Shown: piece after piece, positions 1 to 10,556 of the stretch | Numbering within the stretch: position 1 is the stretch's first letter | Layout: the number at the start of each line of letters is the position of its first letter | From: Cyanobacteria bacterium P01_A01_bin.123 | GTDB lineage: Bacteria; Cyanobacteriota; Cyanobacteriia; Phormidesmidales; Phormidesmidaceae | Direction: 5' to 3' | Assembly (NCBI GenBank): GCA_039815185.1 | Contig: JBCBZT010000018.1 | Location: 32,001 to 96,000, forward strand | Length of the DNA stretch: 64,000 nucleotides | Notes under the pieces: model-generated | The model's database searches: none | Told to the model about the DNA's origin: nothing | Seen by the model: only the letters and a program-made list of their open reading frames with translations | Program-made: the position numbers and the translations under genes

Positions 1-1654
1 AAAGCTGTGGAGTGCAAATCAAAATCAATTTGCCGCACCGCGCTGCTACCCAAGGAAGATAGCGAATAAACTGAATCACATCCCCAGCTCCTTGTTCGGT
101 ATGCAATAGCAGGGTCTGATCAGGCATCGGTCGCCCATCCCACTGGGGTTGGGGGCAGTTGAACGGGGTAAACTCTGGCGTTTGCCAGCGCCATTCGCAT
201 TCAGCCCAGCCCCGATGAAAATCACCGCTTCTTAGACAGGCCATCCCCAAGTTGTAATGGGCCTTGGCATCGTTGGGGTGAATGTGCACCGCCTGTTCAC
301 AATGGAATAGGGCTTGGGTGAACTGATTTTGTTCACCATAGAGATAGGCTAAGGTTTTGTGGGCATCCCCATGTCGGGCTTCTGCCTGCAGCACTTGCGT
401 CAGCTGGGCGATGGCTGCTGTATATTGCCCCAAATCACCCAGGGCCACCCCGAGATTGTAGCGCGCGGGCAAAAAGTCTGGTCGCAATGCTAAACAGGCG
501 CGGTAAGCCTCAATGGCCGCTGCCAGTTGTCCCTGATGAGCATGGGCATTACCCTGTTCAAAATGCACTGGGGCAGCGGTTTGCTGGGGGCTGGGGTGAA
601 CCACCTCCGCGAGGGCGTCATCGGGCAAAACATAGGAACTGCCCAGCAAGGTTTCATCATTATCAATCAGCTCCGGAAACCGGACACCATCCAACACCGC
701 CACGGAGAAAATTTCTTGCACCGCGTCTTGGAACTGCAAAAAGGCCACAGTTTCGCCAGCAACAATGTTGACTACCCATACCCCACAGATGCGCGCTTGC
801 TGAGTTTGGGTTAAGGGAAGACCGCTAAAGGCAGCAGTCTCGCGTACCTGGGACAAGCCAACAAAGGCAAAATCGCCCCAAAAATCCAGTCCTCGGGTAA
901 AGCCAGGCAGTTCAACCACGGGGATCAGTTGCCCGGTGGCCAAATCCACTTGGGCCAAACTGCCTCGGCCAGATTCTAGAACCCAGAGGCGATCGCGATA
1001 CCAACGGGGAGAATGGGGCATCGACAGGCCCCGAGCCAACACCCTATTAGTGGTGACATCCATGAGGATGCCCCCATGAGCCTTATGGGCTCGCCAACCT
1101 CCGGCGCTATCGGTTTCCCCTAGGGCCGTGACATAGCGGGGTTGTCCATCTCGCACCCCCAGGCCGTTTAAATGGCAGCGATCGCTTAAATCATAAGCAC
1201 TCACGAAAGGGGGCCGCCAGCGGGGCACAAAGCTGTAGCGCGAATCTAAGGTGCACAGACAAGAAAAGCGGGTATTCACAAACCACAAATCTTGGCCAAT
1301 CCAGGCCATTTCGTGAATGTCAATATCACCTGTGAAGTAGGTCTGGCGGGGCAAATAGCAACCATCATAGCGGCCCACGGGTTCTATTTTTGCCGCCACC
1401 GCAGGCACATTGCGAAAGTCCCAAACCTGGTGAGCAGTTCCCACCGCTAGTTTTTCGCGATCCGCCGCCAACCCCATGGGCCTATTGAAAATCCGAAAGT
1501 GGGTATTGACTGCATTGCCATCGGCCCGCATGATGATGAGCTTCCCAGCCTGATAGGTTGACACGACCAGCGACAACCCCAGTTGTGCCAGGACAGCAGT
1601 GAAGCTGTCGGTATGAACACTACGCATGGGATTTGATGGAGCAGTGGAGGACAT
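1..1654 (-). CDS. TIGR03032 (DUF4915) family protein fused to TPR repeats and a glycosyltransferase-like domain; runs off the left edge
   Basis: Missing from the ORF track because no stop lies in the window. Manual translation from ATG at 1654: MSSTAPSNPMRSVHTDSF...LVVSTYQAGKLIIMR...NTHFRIFNRPMGL...DIDIHEMAW...DRCHLNGLG...GLSMPHSPRWY...LPGFTRGLDF, then TPR helices (ARYNLGVAL, AHYNLGMACL) and WRW...WDG...LLLHTEQGAGDVIQFIRYLP. Confidence 0.88.
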   Translation of the reverse strand, partial: MSSTAPSNPMRSVHTDSFTAVLAQLGLSLVVSTYQAGKLIIMRADGNAVNTHFRIFNRPMGLAADREKLAVGTAHQVWDFRNVPAVAAKIEPVGRYDGCYLPRQTYFTGDIDIHEMAWIGQDLWFVNTRFSCLCTLDSRYSFVPRWRPPFVSAYDLSDRCHLNGLGVRDGQPRYVTALGETDSAGGWRAHKAHGGILMDVTTNRVLARGLSMPHSPRWYRDRLWVLESGRGSLAQVDLATGQLIPVVELPGFTRGLDFWGDFAFVGLSQVRETAAFSGLPLTQTQQARICGVWVVNIVAGETVAFLQFQDAVQEIFSVAVLDGVRFPELIDNDETLLGSSYVLPDDALAEVVHPSPQQTAAPVHFEQGNAHAHQGQLAAAIEAYRACLALRPDFLPARYNLGVALGDLGQYTAAIAQLTQVLQAEARHGDAHKTLAYLYGEQNQFTQALFHCEQAVHIHPNDAKAHYNLGMACLRSGDFHRGWAECEWRWQTPEFTPFNCPQPQWDGRPMPDQTLLLHTEQGAGDVIQFIRYLPWVAARCGKLILICTPQL

Positions 1655-1739
1655 GGCGGGTCACAAATAGGGCCAATGCAATTATTGCCCAGGGTTCTCA
1701 ATTTGATAGTTTGAACCCAGTGTTATAGAAGCGCTCATT

Positions 1740-2309
1740 ATGCCAGACCTACGCTTGAATCTAGGCTCAGGACAACAGCCTATTGAAGGCTATGTCAATG
1801 TGGATAAATTTGGCGAGCCGGATCTGTGTTTTGACCTGGAGACGTTTCCCTGGCCCTGGGCAGACAACAGTGTGTCAGAAATTAAGCTCCTCCATGTGCT
1901 CGAACATTTGGGACAGCAAACCAATATCTATTTCCAAATCGTCCAGGAAATGTATCGCATCTGTCTCCCAAACGCCACGATCCATATCGTTGTGCCCCAC
2001 CATCGCCACGATAATTTTGTCCATGACCCTACCCATGTGAGGGCAATCACCGCTGCTGGGTTACAGATGTTTTCACGGCGGATAAATCGAGACTGGCAGG
2101 TTCAAGGCTGCGCCAATACGCCCTTAGGCCTATATCTGGATGTGGATTTTGAACTCGTACAAACTAACCTGAGCGCCAGCCCATTGTGGTTTGAGCGATA
2201 TCGCGATCGCGCCAATGATGTCCAGCTTTTACTGCAAGAAAGCGCTCTCTACAACAACCTGATTGAAGAAATAGAAATGCAGCTCCAGGTAATCAAACCC
2301 CTCAGATAA
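1740..2309 (+). CDS. class I SAM-dependent methyltransferase-like protein
   Basis: LNLGSG...YVNVD, PWADNSV, HVLEHL and DPTHVR motifs of the short methyltransferase family common in glycan loci. Confidence 0.8.
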   Translation: MPDLRLNLGSGQQPIEGYVNVDKFGEPDLCFDLETFPWPWADNSVSEIKLLHVLEHLGQQTNIYFQIVQEMYRICLPNATIHIVVPHHRHDNFVHDPTHVRAITAAGLQMFSRRINRDWQVQGCANTPLGLYLDVDFELVQTNLSASPLWFERYRDRANDVQLLLQESALYNNLIEEIEMQLQVIKPLR

Positions 2310-2381
2310 AGCTACCCATAGTGTAAGCGTCTTGCCTCGGATGTAAGACAAGATACCCACTCAGCAAAAGCATTGGGTCTC

Positions 2382-3524
2382 CTAAACTTCCACTCCTGAT
2401 AATGCCCTCATTTGCAGACAGTCCTGCAACAACCGAATCACCCTCTCAGGAGGCAACTCAACCATGCACTGCTGCTGCTCCTGCAAACAGGTTTGATTCT
2501 TAAACCGCTGCTCCTGACACAACGTACACTTTGCGTCCGATAGCGCTAGTTTCACCCAAGGCTGTCGCGGTGCCCACAATCGCACTGGACTCACACCATC
2601 GCCATCACGATCGTTGCCAAAGATCGCCACAGTGGGGCAACTGACTGCTGCAGCAATGTGCAGCGGCCCCGTATCGACCGTGATAAACGCCTTTGTCTGC
2701 GCCAAGGCCCCCGCTAGCTCTGGCAATGTAGCCTGACCGCGCAGATCAATCAACGTGGTATTGAGCAGCAGTTGATCTTCCACATCGTCTGCATGGTAGA
2801 GCTGCTTTTGCACATCTGAGCGGCTGCCCACCAACCCCACTGTCACCCCCTGCTGTTGGCACCAAGCAATCACCCGTTGCCAGTATTCCGGTAGCCATAG
2901 CTTAGCCGCCCGACTCGCTGTCACATGTACTAACACATCAGGCACCGCAAACTTAGGCGGCTGGATGGGCAACTCCAGTTGAGTAAAGTCGGTCTCTACA
3001 TAGGCCAAGCGACACAATAGCTCGGCAATATAGTTGCTTCGGGTTACATCCCTGTATTTTTGAACAAAGGTTGGCCCATTCCAGTTGGCATCTTGCAGCA
3101 TGCACTGCACGGGATGTTTACCAAAGTCCAAGGTTTCGTCGAAGGCAGATGAAGTAGACCCCCCTACGACATAGGTGGGTTGGATTACTGACATGGCCCG
3201 GTGAGTCAGGTCGCTATATTCATCGCAATTAATCGCTAAATCATAGGCTCCATAGCAGTGCTGTCGCCTTTGGATCGCCGCCTTTAAGGGAGGAAGCCCA
3301 TCAGGTGAATGGGAATGCAGTGAAAAGTGCCAGTCAATGGTGGCGAGATTTTCCTCAAACTCACGGGTAAGGTCGCTGCCAAAAAAATCCAGCGTGCAAT
3401 TAGGATATTTGGCTTTTAAGCCTCGCAGCAGTGGGGTAGTCACCACAAAATTGCCCAGCTTGTTTGAACCCAAAACGGCAATGTGGGGACGATTCCGTAA
3501 CGGTTGGTTTGAAAAAAGTTCCAT
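2382..3524 (-). CDS. glycosyltransferase family 9 (heptosyltransferase-like)
   Basis: KLGNFVVTTPLLRGLK N-terminus; DLRGQATLPEL and VDTGPLHIAAAV...PTVAIFG GT9 signature. Confidence 0.88.
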   Translation of the reverse strand: MELFSNQPLRNRPHIAVLGSNKLGNFVVTTPLLRGLKAKYPNCTLDFFGSDLTREFEENLATIDWHFSLHSHSPDGLPPLKAAIQRRQHCYGAYDLAINCDEYSDLTHRAMSVIQPTYVVGGSTSSAFDETLDFGKHPVQCMLQDANWNGPTFVQKYRDVTRSNYIAELLCRLAYVETDFTQLELPIQPPKFAVPDVLVHVTASRAAKLWLPEYWQRVIAWCQQQGVTVGLVGSRSDVQKQLYHADDVEDQLLLNTTLIDLRGQATLPELAGALAQTKAFITVDTGPLHIAAAVSCPTVAIFGNDRDGDGVSPVRLWAPRQPWVKLALSDAKCTLCQEQRFKNQTCLQEQQQCMVELPPERVIRLLQDCLQMRALSGVEV

Positions 3525-3635
3525 GGCCTCAGCCCTTACTAAACCACATCCGATTTGAAACCTGGCGTTTTAGTCTTGGCTAGGGGTGGTGATGGTGTTG
3601 AGGTTCGGTTGCACAAAATTCTGTAAAGTCTCCAT

Positions 3636-6600
3636 CTACGGGATAACCGTAGGGCAACTCCCTTCATTATTCGGCTCGCCCTCTGCATCGCTGCCAGTGG
3701 CGCACAGAGCATCATCGCTGCCATCGGAGTCATTAGCTTGATCTTGAGTGGCAGGGGGTGGAGTCGCATCGTGGATATCTCCATCAGTACCTGTTGATCT
3801 GAGGGTACCGTCATCATTCAATCGCTCCAGAATGCCGAGATCCTCCGCAAACGCTTGGTCAATGGTAAGGACGGGATCATTGGGGCCTTCGGCTATCCTA
3901 AGGGCATCAGGGCGGTTGAATAGGATATCGGGATCGAGGATATTGACATCAACTATTCCCTCAAACGCTCCAATATCTCGGATGCCAATGGCTGCAACTC
4001 CCCGCTGGTCAGCGGCAGTGGCTCCAGTGCCGCTGGCATTGATAGCTGGGCTACCGATCAACAGACCATGGGTTTGGGTGGGGCCATTGTTATCCGCGAG
4101 CGGGGCCAGCAGGGGATCTTGACCAACAATATTGCCATCCACCCGATCAATGGGTGCCCCAGCAGTGATGCCTGTAGTGTCTTGAATCAGGCTATTCGTT
4201 ATCGTGCTACTGCTGAGGTTAGCGCTGATATCGGGTGCGCTACCACTTACATCAACGTTGTTGGCGATGATGCTGTTGCTAATGGTGTTGTTCCTTGTCG
4301 TGTTCACAAAGATGCCACCACCGAGGCTATTAGAGGTGTTGAAGGCAATCGTGGCGTTGTTCAGGATGAGGTTGCCACCACCATTGTTGCGGGTAAAAAT
4401 CCCACCCCCTCGATTACTCGTTGAATTCCCCGACACCGTAGAATTGATCACGGTGACATCTCCGCCACCACGGGCATACATGCCACCCCCTCTATTGGAT
4501 GAATTACCCGATATCGTCGAATTGGTGATGGTGGCATGATTACGGTGATAAGACCCACCGCCTTTATTAGCTGCCGAATTACCCGATATCGTAGAGTTCG
4601 TTATGGTGAGCGAACCTGTGGCATAAAGGCCACCCCCCAAATCGCCCGCTGAATTGCCCGACACGGTTGAATTCGTCACGGTGACATCACGGGAGTAAAC
4701 TCCGGCAGCAGAAAGCCTTGCCGAATTTCCCGATACCGTGGAATCAGTTAGGGTGATCGAACGATTACGGCTCCAAATGCCTCCAGTATGGCGGTTTGAC
4801 GAATTCCCCGACACTGTAGAATTCGTTACGGTGATTGCACCACTACGGCTATAAAGGCCCCCGCCGTTGCGACGCGATGAGTTGCCTGACACCGTAGAAT
4901 TTGTCACGGTGATCACACTACGGGTATAAATGCCGCCACCATATCGATTTGATGAATTACCCGACACCGTGGAATTCGTCATAGTAATCAAACCATTGCG
5001 GCCATAAATCCCGCCACCGTTATCGGTTGCCGAGTTACCCGAAACCGTGGAATTGCTAAGCGTCACAGCATCACGGGTATAAATCCCGCCACCTCTATCG
5101 CCTGCCGAATTACCCGAAACCGTGGAATTGCTAAGCGTCACAGCCCCATTGCTAGAGAAACCACCGCCGTTACCTGTCGTACTGCCATTTTGAACCGTCA
5201 GATTCTCCAGGGTGAGGGCGTCCGTGCTGGAATTATTCAACACTTGGTGAGTGCCGCTCCCATCTAAGACAGTACTTGTCTCGCCTGCTCCGCTGATGGT
5301 TACCGCTCGGCTGATGGCAATCGTCTGCCCCTCAGTAAATGTTCCTGGCGCCACGTTCACCGTGCCGCTAGCAGCAGCCACGTCCACACCATTCTGCACA
5401 CTACCACTGCCCCCAACATTCACCGTATTCACCCCGGTACCTGCCAGGGTGCTCCCTGCCCTAAGGGTAATGCGCTGATTCAAATTAGCCGTCGGTGCCT
5501 GGAGCGTCAAATTGCCTGCATTAGCATTGCCGCTAGCATCAATTGCCGCATCCACCGTAATCGAGTTTGTTGCCTGGAGGGTGACATTGGTACCATCAAG
5601 TGATGTGACCACATTGCTAGCGGCAATCGTACTGTCGCCAGCAGGCAGATTAGTTCCTGTGGCTGCACTCGCAGTCCCCGTTGCCCCTACTGTCAAATCC
5701 GCCGGATCTAGCAACCAAGTACCCCAAACCCCATTCATCGCTCGGGTCGCCACCTCAGCCGTATTGGCCACCGTCAGCCGCTGTGCCCCGGAGGTCTCCA
5801 CAAAACCACCATCCCCTGCAACGGCCCCCCCCTGAGCAGAAATCTGGCCTGCAAACAAAGTGTCCTGATCCGCCCAGACAATCACCTGACCACCATCTCC
5901 TGTTTGGATAGCATCCGCTGAAATGGTCGTGGCGGCATCCACTTGGGTGAACTGAGCCGTAGGCAAGTCTCCCTGCCCCAAGTAGTCACCGCCAATCCCC
6001 ACATTGCCACCACCCTCAGTACCACTGGCGTTAATCGTGGCTCCATTCAAGGCAATGGTTTCTCCTAATACCTGCACTTGCCCACCCTGGTTACCCGAGA
6101 CATCTACTGTGCCTGTGCCGGTGACTGCTCTAGGTGTTGTGTTCACTGCATCCCCACTGGAAAGTACAACAGTGCCATCGTCTAAAGTGCTCACCGTAGT
6201 GGCATTACCGCCCCATTCGCCAGCGAGTAAACTGGGCAAATCTAACGGCGTAATTCCTGAATCCACCAAATCTTGGAGCTGGTTGCTAGGAACTGCCAAA
6301 CTCATTACCAAGCCATCCTGGGAAATGCTCAGAATGCCTTCTTCTGGTACGGCCACAATGGAGACACTGCCTCCCGAAGCTTCCAGGCTACCCGTATTAA
6401 TCACGGTGCTCCCAGCGAGGGTCAAGCTTTCTCCGGGGTTAACCGCTAGGTCTGCTTCATTTAGCAATACCCCTTCATTGCCCAAAAAGACATAGCCCGT
6501 GGGATTGCCTGTTAGGGCACTGTAGTCATTGCTGCCCGTGGCGTTGAAGACACTGTCGCTAAAGGCTAGGCCACTGGCAGTGCTAATTGAAAACGACCCA

Positions 6601-7013
6601 GCTAGGTTCAAATGGGCATTGCGGCCCAACAATACCCCGGCAGGGTTGAGGATGAAGAGATTGGCGTTGTTGCCACCGCTGACTTGCAAGAGGCCGTTGA
6701 TGACTGAGGTTTGTCCCCCACTCACCCGAGCCAGAATATTGCTGACATCGGGATTAGCAAGGAAGTTGGCGATCTCGTTGGTACTCAAGCCAAACTGTTG
6801 AAAGCTATGGAATAGATTGGCATCGACTTGGGTGCCGCCGTTGATGGTGTAGGTTTGGCTGGCGGCATCGAAGGTAACTGCAGTGCCGGTGCCGTCGGGG
6901 GCGGCGGTTACTGAGGGGTTGGCTAATGCTGGCAGTGTCAGTAGGGCAGGGCCAGTGGACAACAGCAGAACTAATCCTGCGCGTAACCCTGCAATCAATG
7001 CCATATTTCCCAT
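3636..7013 (-). CDS. filamentous haemagglutinin N-terminal (TPS) domain exoprotein with Pmp-like beta-helix repeats and a choice-of-anchor Q-like region
   Basis: Signal peptide; NLFHSFQQFGL and ANLFILNPAGV TPS motifs; GGFVETSG; many xTNSTVSGNS...GGG repeats; DPLLAPLADNNGPTQTH...GSPAINA...DQRG...DIGAFE. Confidence 0.88.
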   Translation of the reverse strand: MGNMALIAGLRAGLVLLLSTGPALLTLPALANPSVTAAPDGTGTAVTFDAASQTYTINGGTQVDANLFHSFQQFGLSTNEIANFLANPDVSNILARVSGGQTSVINGLLQVSGGNNANLFILNPAGVLLGRNAHLNLAGSFSISTASGLAFSDSVFNATGSNDYSALTGNPTGYVFLGNEGVLLNEADLAVNPGESLTLAGSTVINTGSLEASGGSVSIVAVPEEGILSISQDGLVMSLAVPSNQLQDLVDSGITPLDLPSLLAGEWGGNATTVSTLDDGTVVLSSGDAVNTTPRAVTGTGTVDVSGNQGGQVQVLGETIALNGATINASGTEGGGNVGIGGDYLGQGDLPTAQFTQVDAATTISADAIQTGDGGQVIVWADQDTLFAGQISAQGGAVAGDGGFVETSGAQRLTVANTAEVATRAMNGVWGTWLLDPADLTVGATGTASAATGTNLPAGDSTIAASNVVTSLDGTNVTLQATNSITVDAAIDASGNANAGNLTLQAPTANLNQRITLRAGSTLAGTGVNTVNVGGSGSVQNGVDVAAASGTVNVAPGTFTEGQTIAISRAVTISGAGETSTVLDGSGTHQVLNNSSTDALTLENLTVQNGSTTGNGGGFSSNGAVTLSNSTVSGNSAGDRGGGIYTRDAVTLSNSTVSGNSATDNGGGIYGRNGLITMTNSTVSGNSSNRYGGGIYTRSVITVTNSTVSGNSSRRNGGGLYSRSGAITVTNSTVSGNSSNRHTGGIWSRNRSITLTDSTVSGNSARLSAAGVYSRDVTVTNSTVSGNSAGDLGGGLYATGSLTITNSTISGNSAANKGGGSYHRNHATITNSTISGNSSNRGGGMYARGGGDVTVINSTVSGNSTSNRGGGIFTRNNGGGNLILNNATIAFNTSNSLGGGIFVNTTRNNTISNSIIANNVDVSGSAPDISANLSSSTITNSLIQDTTGITAGAPIDRVDGNIVGQDPLLAPLADNNGPTQTHGLLIGSPAINASGTGATAADQRGVAAIGIRDIGAFEGIVDVNILDPDILFNRPDALRIAEGPNDPVLTIDQAFAEDLGILERLNDDGTLRSTGTDGDIHDATPPPATQDQANDSDGSDDALCATGSDAEGEPNNEGSCPTVIP
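4330..5190 (-). repeat. intragenic tandem repeats of about 25 codons (NSTVSGNSxxxGGG); boundaries approximate
   Basis: About 11 units in the protein; exact 35-bp duplication TTACCCGAAACCGTGGAATTGCTAAGCGTCACAGC at 5035-5069 and 5110-5144. Confidence 0.8.
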
Positions 7014-7574
7014 TGCGATAGAAACCCCAAATCTGCAAACAGATCAACACACTTTCCGGTGATATGGGTATTGCCTAGTTCGGTCAATACCCAGAATTCT
7101 GTGGAATTCTAGTGAACCTTAGTGTTGGTCAATTGCTAGGAGAAACTACTGCGAAATTTCACCTAACTTTGCGAAATTCTGCAAGATGATGGTTGCCCTA
7201 GTACAAGATAGTGGCGGTTTCCTCAATATAGTAGTGAGCGTCTCGCTCACGTCTTAGGCAAGATGAGCAGATTCTGAATGGGTCGCTTATTTCTGCGTCC
7301 GGTCTTGAGCGCACTATGACTCAAATTACGAGACAGGCCATAAACGACCGGGCAGAATTTGAAGCGTTTCGTCACATCGGCAGCTTTCAGCCGAACATTG
7401 CACTGGGCTATCTTCCCGGTCAGATCCATGCTTAAAATCTGCCTGAAAAAGCGCCTTGACTGTACGGCATTAGCCAACAGCGTAAAGCATATGCAAACGG
7501 TGACGACTGCTAAAAACAAGATGGGTAGAAGGTCAAAGCCTTCCACCCATTGATGCCTCGAAAGACAAAAAGCA

Positions 7575-7647
7575 TACCCCCAAGGGAATTCGAATCCCTG
7601 TCGCCTCCGTGAAAGGGAGGTGTCCTAGGCCTCTAGACGATGGGGGC
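7575..7647 (-). tRNA. trnE: tRNA-Glu (anticodon TTC)
   Basis: Reverse complement GCCCCCATCGTCTAGAGGCCTAGGACACCTCCCTTTCACGGAGGCGACAGGGATTCGAATTCCCTTGGGGGTA folds as a 73-nt cloverleaf; CCA not encoded. Confidence 0.97.
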
Positions 7648-7798
7648 CTGTTGTTAAACGATCCCTAATATAGCCAATCGGGGTATCTGTGTCAATTTGC
7701 AAAGAGATCATCGCACATCATTTATTTGGAGCAGCAAACTCAGCCCAGAGAATGGATTGAGGCTACTGTGCAACTTTGGTCACTAACTGAGAAAATTC

Positions 7799-8062
7799 CT
7801 AACTAGCGTTCCGCAGCCGAATGAGTTGGCGGCGTAGATTTGGAGATGCATCTAGCTCAGCCACTTCATGAACCACAACGTCAGTGTCAAGTGACTCCAT
7901 ATATTCGTCGCTGCCGTAGGCAAACGCGTCAACCAGCATCTGCAGAAGCTGCTCAGGGTCTCTCATGGCCAGTTTTTCCTCAATGAGACGGAATTTAAGG
8001 CGGATTTCACACTCGTATACCCCGACAGAGTCGTCTATTGTCTGATTCGCAGGATTGTTCAT
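7799..8062 (-). CDS. Npun_R1517-family small regulator
   Basis: VGVYECEIRLKFRLIEEK...GSDEYME...ASPNLRRQLIRLRN matches the recalled family; ATG at 8062 preferred over GTG at 8083. Confidence 0.78.
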   Translation of the reverse strand: MNNPANQTIDDSVGVYECEIRLKFRLIEEKLAMRDPEQLLQMLVDAFAYGSDEYMESLDTDVVVHEVAELDASPNLRRQLIRLRNAS

Positions 8063-9161
8063 CACCTTATATGTTCCATCCACTAGCGCATAGATTCCTG
8101 AGTGAAGAAGAGCTGATCGGTTTCTTGAAGATTCCTAAGCCTTTATTCCTGAGCCCTTACTATAGGGCTGCAAAACATTTCTCCAACCTGAACAAAGGCT
8201 AACATTTGCTCAAGGATAGAGTATCCGTTAAATAGCGGAATTAACTAAAACAAAAAAAACACATCGCAGTCATCCAATATAAGAGATTCCTTTGTATTTT
8301 CAGGCAAGCCACGCATAATTTAAAGTTGTTATAAAACCTTCTCCATCATCTAAAACCCTGTTAATGAGAGGATTCTATGAGTCTATATTAGAATTCAATC
8401 AAGATAATGAGAGACACAAAAGCCAAGTATGAATATCAAATGAAAGCTTCTCTTTTAGGCTTCATCAAAGCTTTATAAATGAGTCTTTCTTACCTTAAAA
8501 ATCAGTGTTCTATAGAAATATACAGAGCTAAAACATTGCATCTGACACACGCAAGAGTTGGGTATGTTTTGGCGAAGACACAGTGGCTTTTCTCAAGCTT
8601 TATGTAGCGTTTATCTCTCATTTGACCGTATATTTTCTAGGGCGGTTCCTCTCAGCACACTTCGGTATAGAGCTGTCGATTGGCTATCTTTGGGCGCAAA
8701 TCTAACCTCAGGTGTTTATCTGGAGCTTGCTTAAAGGCGTTGAATATGTGACAAATTTTCCTGAATCTAGGGAAAATCCCGTGTAGCTCCGAAGATAGAG
8801 GGTGTTAAGCCAATGCTCACAGGGGTGACTCAAAACACATCACGGCTATTTATTTCAGCACTCATATGCCAATCGGCTTCTGCCCTGATATCGATAGGGC
8901 AGCTGAATGTAGACTCCTATCAGTCTTAAAGAATTGCTTTAGTGGATATGCGCTCCCCTTCCCTTAGGGCAGATTAGAGTATAGAGATAACAGTACATTG
9001 GCTCAATATCCGCCTTGAGAGTAAGTATGCTAAGACTGAGGCAGGTTTTAGTCGTATCCTGACCCTTGCCTACGTTGGTCTCTGAGACCACTGGGCTAAG
9101 TTCAGGGCACCGAATTTGAAGTTTATTGATTTCAAGACATTGACGTTGAAGGACAGAAGTC

Positions 9162-9935
9162 ATGGGGTTATTTGATCGCGTTAGCCGCGTTGTCCGGTCT
9201 AATCTCAATGCAGCTGTCAGTGCTGCAGAAGATCCAGAAAAGATCTTGGATCAGGCAATTATTGATATGCAGGAAGACCTGGTGCAAATGCGTCAAGCGG
9301 TTGCAGGCGCGATTGCCAGTCAAAAACGAGTGCAGCAGCAGTATGGGAAGGCTCAGACTGAAGCCGAACGTTGGAAATCTAGGGCCCAATTAGCCGTTCA
9401 AAAAGGTGATGAAAGCCTTGCCCGTGAAGCGCTGGTTCGCAAGAAAAGTCAGGCCGATACTGCTGCCGCCCTTAAAACACAATTAGATCAGCAAGCTGGA
9501 TCTGTAGATACTCTGAAGCGTAACTTGATTGCTCTGGAGAGCAAAATCGCTGAAGCGAAGACGAAAAAAGACATGCTTAAGGCACGTTCTAGTGCTGCCA
9601 AAGCAAATGAAAAGCTCCAGCAAACCATGGGCAATTTAGGCACAAGCAGTGCCATGGGCGCATTTGAACGGATGGAAGATAAGATTTTGCAGATTGAAGC
9701 AAAATCTCAAGCAGCCCAAGAATTGGCCGGAGCCGATTTAGAAAGCCAATTTGCAGTCTTAGAGTCAGGCAGCGATGTGGACGACGAATTGGCTGCCTTG
9801 AAAGTGCAGATGTTAGGTGGGAGCACCACTGACCAAGCTCAGCTACCGGCTTCTGAAGCGCCCCAATCTGCGCCTCAAGATGCGGCTGTCGATGAAGAGT
9901 TAGAGGCGCTGAAGACTCAACTGGATGAACTGTAA
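9162..9935 (+). CDS. vipp1: Vipp1/IM30 (PspA family) thylakoid membrane protein
   Basis: MGLFDRVSRVVRSNLN...AEDPEKIL, long coiled coil, extra C-terminal helix VDEELEALKTQL typical of Vipp1. Confidence 0.92.
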   Translation: MGLFDRVSRVVRSNLNAAVSAAEDPEKILDQAIIDMQEDLVQMRQAVAGAIASQKRVQQQYGKAQTEAERWKSRAQLAVQKGDESLAREALVRKKSQADTAAALKTQLDQQAGSVDTLKRNLIALESKIAEAKTKKDMLKARSSAAKANEKLQQTMGNLGTSSAMGAFERMEDKILQIEAKSQAAQELAGADLESQFAVLESGSDVDDELAALKVQMLGGSTTDQAQLPASEAPQSAPQDAAVDEELEALKTQLDEL

Positions 9936-9990
9936 CGGATAACTCTAGTACTCAAATCTGTTTGAGTGCTCAGATTGAGGTGAATTTGTT

Positions 9991-10017
9991 AAAGCTCGGC
10001 GATCGCCGAGCTTTTTT
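9991..10017 (+). terminator. intrinsic terminator after vipp1
   Basis: Perfect 24-bp palindrome AAAGCTCGGCGATCGCCGAGCTTT running into a T tract. Confidence 0.85.
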
Positions 10018-10186
10018 GTTGATACCCCACTCTCACGTTTCCTTCGTTGAAGGTCTGCAAAGGCATTCCCAGAAAACACGCAAATCGGTAAGCCTTTCCT
10101 CTACTCTTGATTAAGGAGGAAGGGTTAAGATTTGATTGCTCTACCTCCGACTGATTTGATTAATGTGAAGGGCTCAGGGATTTGTT

Positions 10187-10525
10187 ATGAGTGATGCAGT
10201 CACCCCGATTACGGATACTGATTTCGCCGCTGAAGTGTTGGCCGCTGATAAGCCTGTATTGGTCTACTTTTGGGCGACCTGGTGTGGTCCATGCCGTTTA
10301 ATGTCTCCTATTATGAGTGATTTGGCTGTGGCCAACGGCGATCGCTTAAAGATCGTCAAAATGGAGGTTAACCCCGATTCAACGGCAGTCGCAGACTATA
10401 ACGTTGAGGGCGTACCCGCCTTAAGGTTATTCGTTGGGGGAAAGTTAGTTGAAACCAGGGAAGGGGTGATGAGTAAACCCCAAGTGGAACAACTGCTTAC
10501 AAACCACTTGTCCTCCATGGCTTAA
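10187..10525 (+). CDS. thioredoxin family protein
   Basis: FWATWCGPC active site, VPAL cis-Pro loop. Confidence 0.92.
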   Translation: MSDAVTPITDTDFAAEVLAADKPVLVYFWATWCGPCRLMSPIMSDLAVANGDRLKIVKMEVNPDSTAVADYNVEGVPALRLFVGGKLVETREGVMSKPQVEQLLTNHLSSMA

Positions 10526-10556
10526 GACTGCTTAGCAACCTTTCAGATTTAAAGTT

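Noticed and set aside
487..1701. Short track ORFs at 487, 527 and 1447
   Set aside because: They are shadows of the long minus-strand TIGR03032 gene, which the track omits
3748..6801. Several + strand ORFs inside the FHA-like gene
   Set aside because: Antisense mirror frames of a repetitive coding sequence with no independent motifs
7247..7553. ORFs at 7247 and 7359 next to the tRNA
   Set aside because: Overlapping opposite-strand ORFs with no recognisable motif; coding status unsupported
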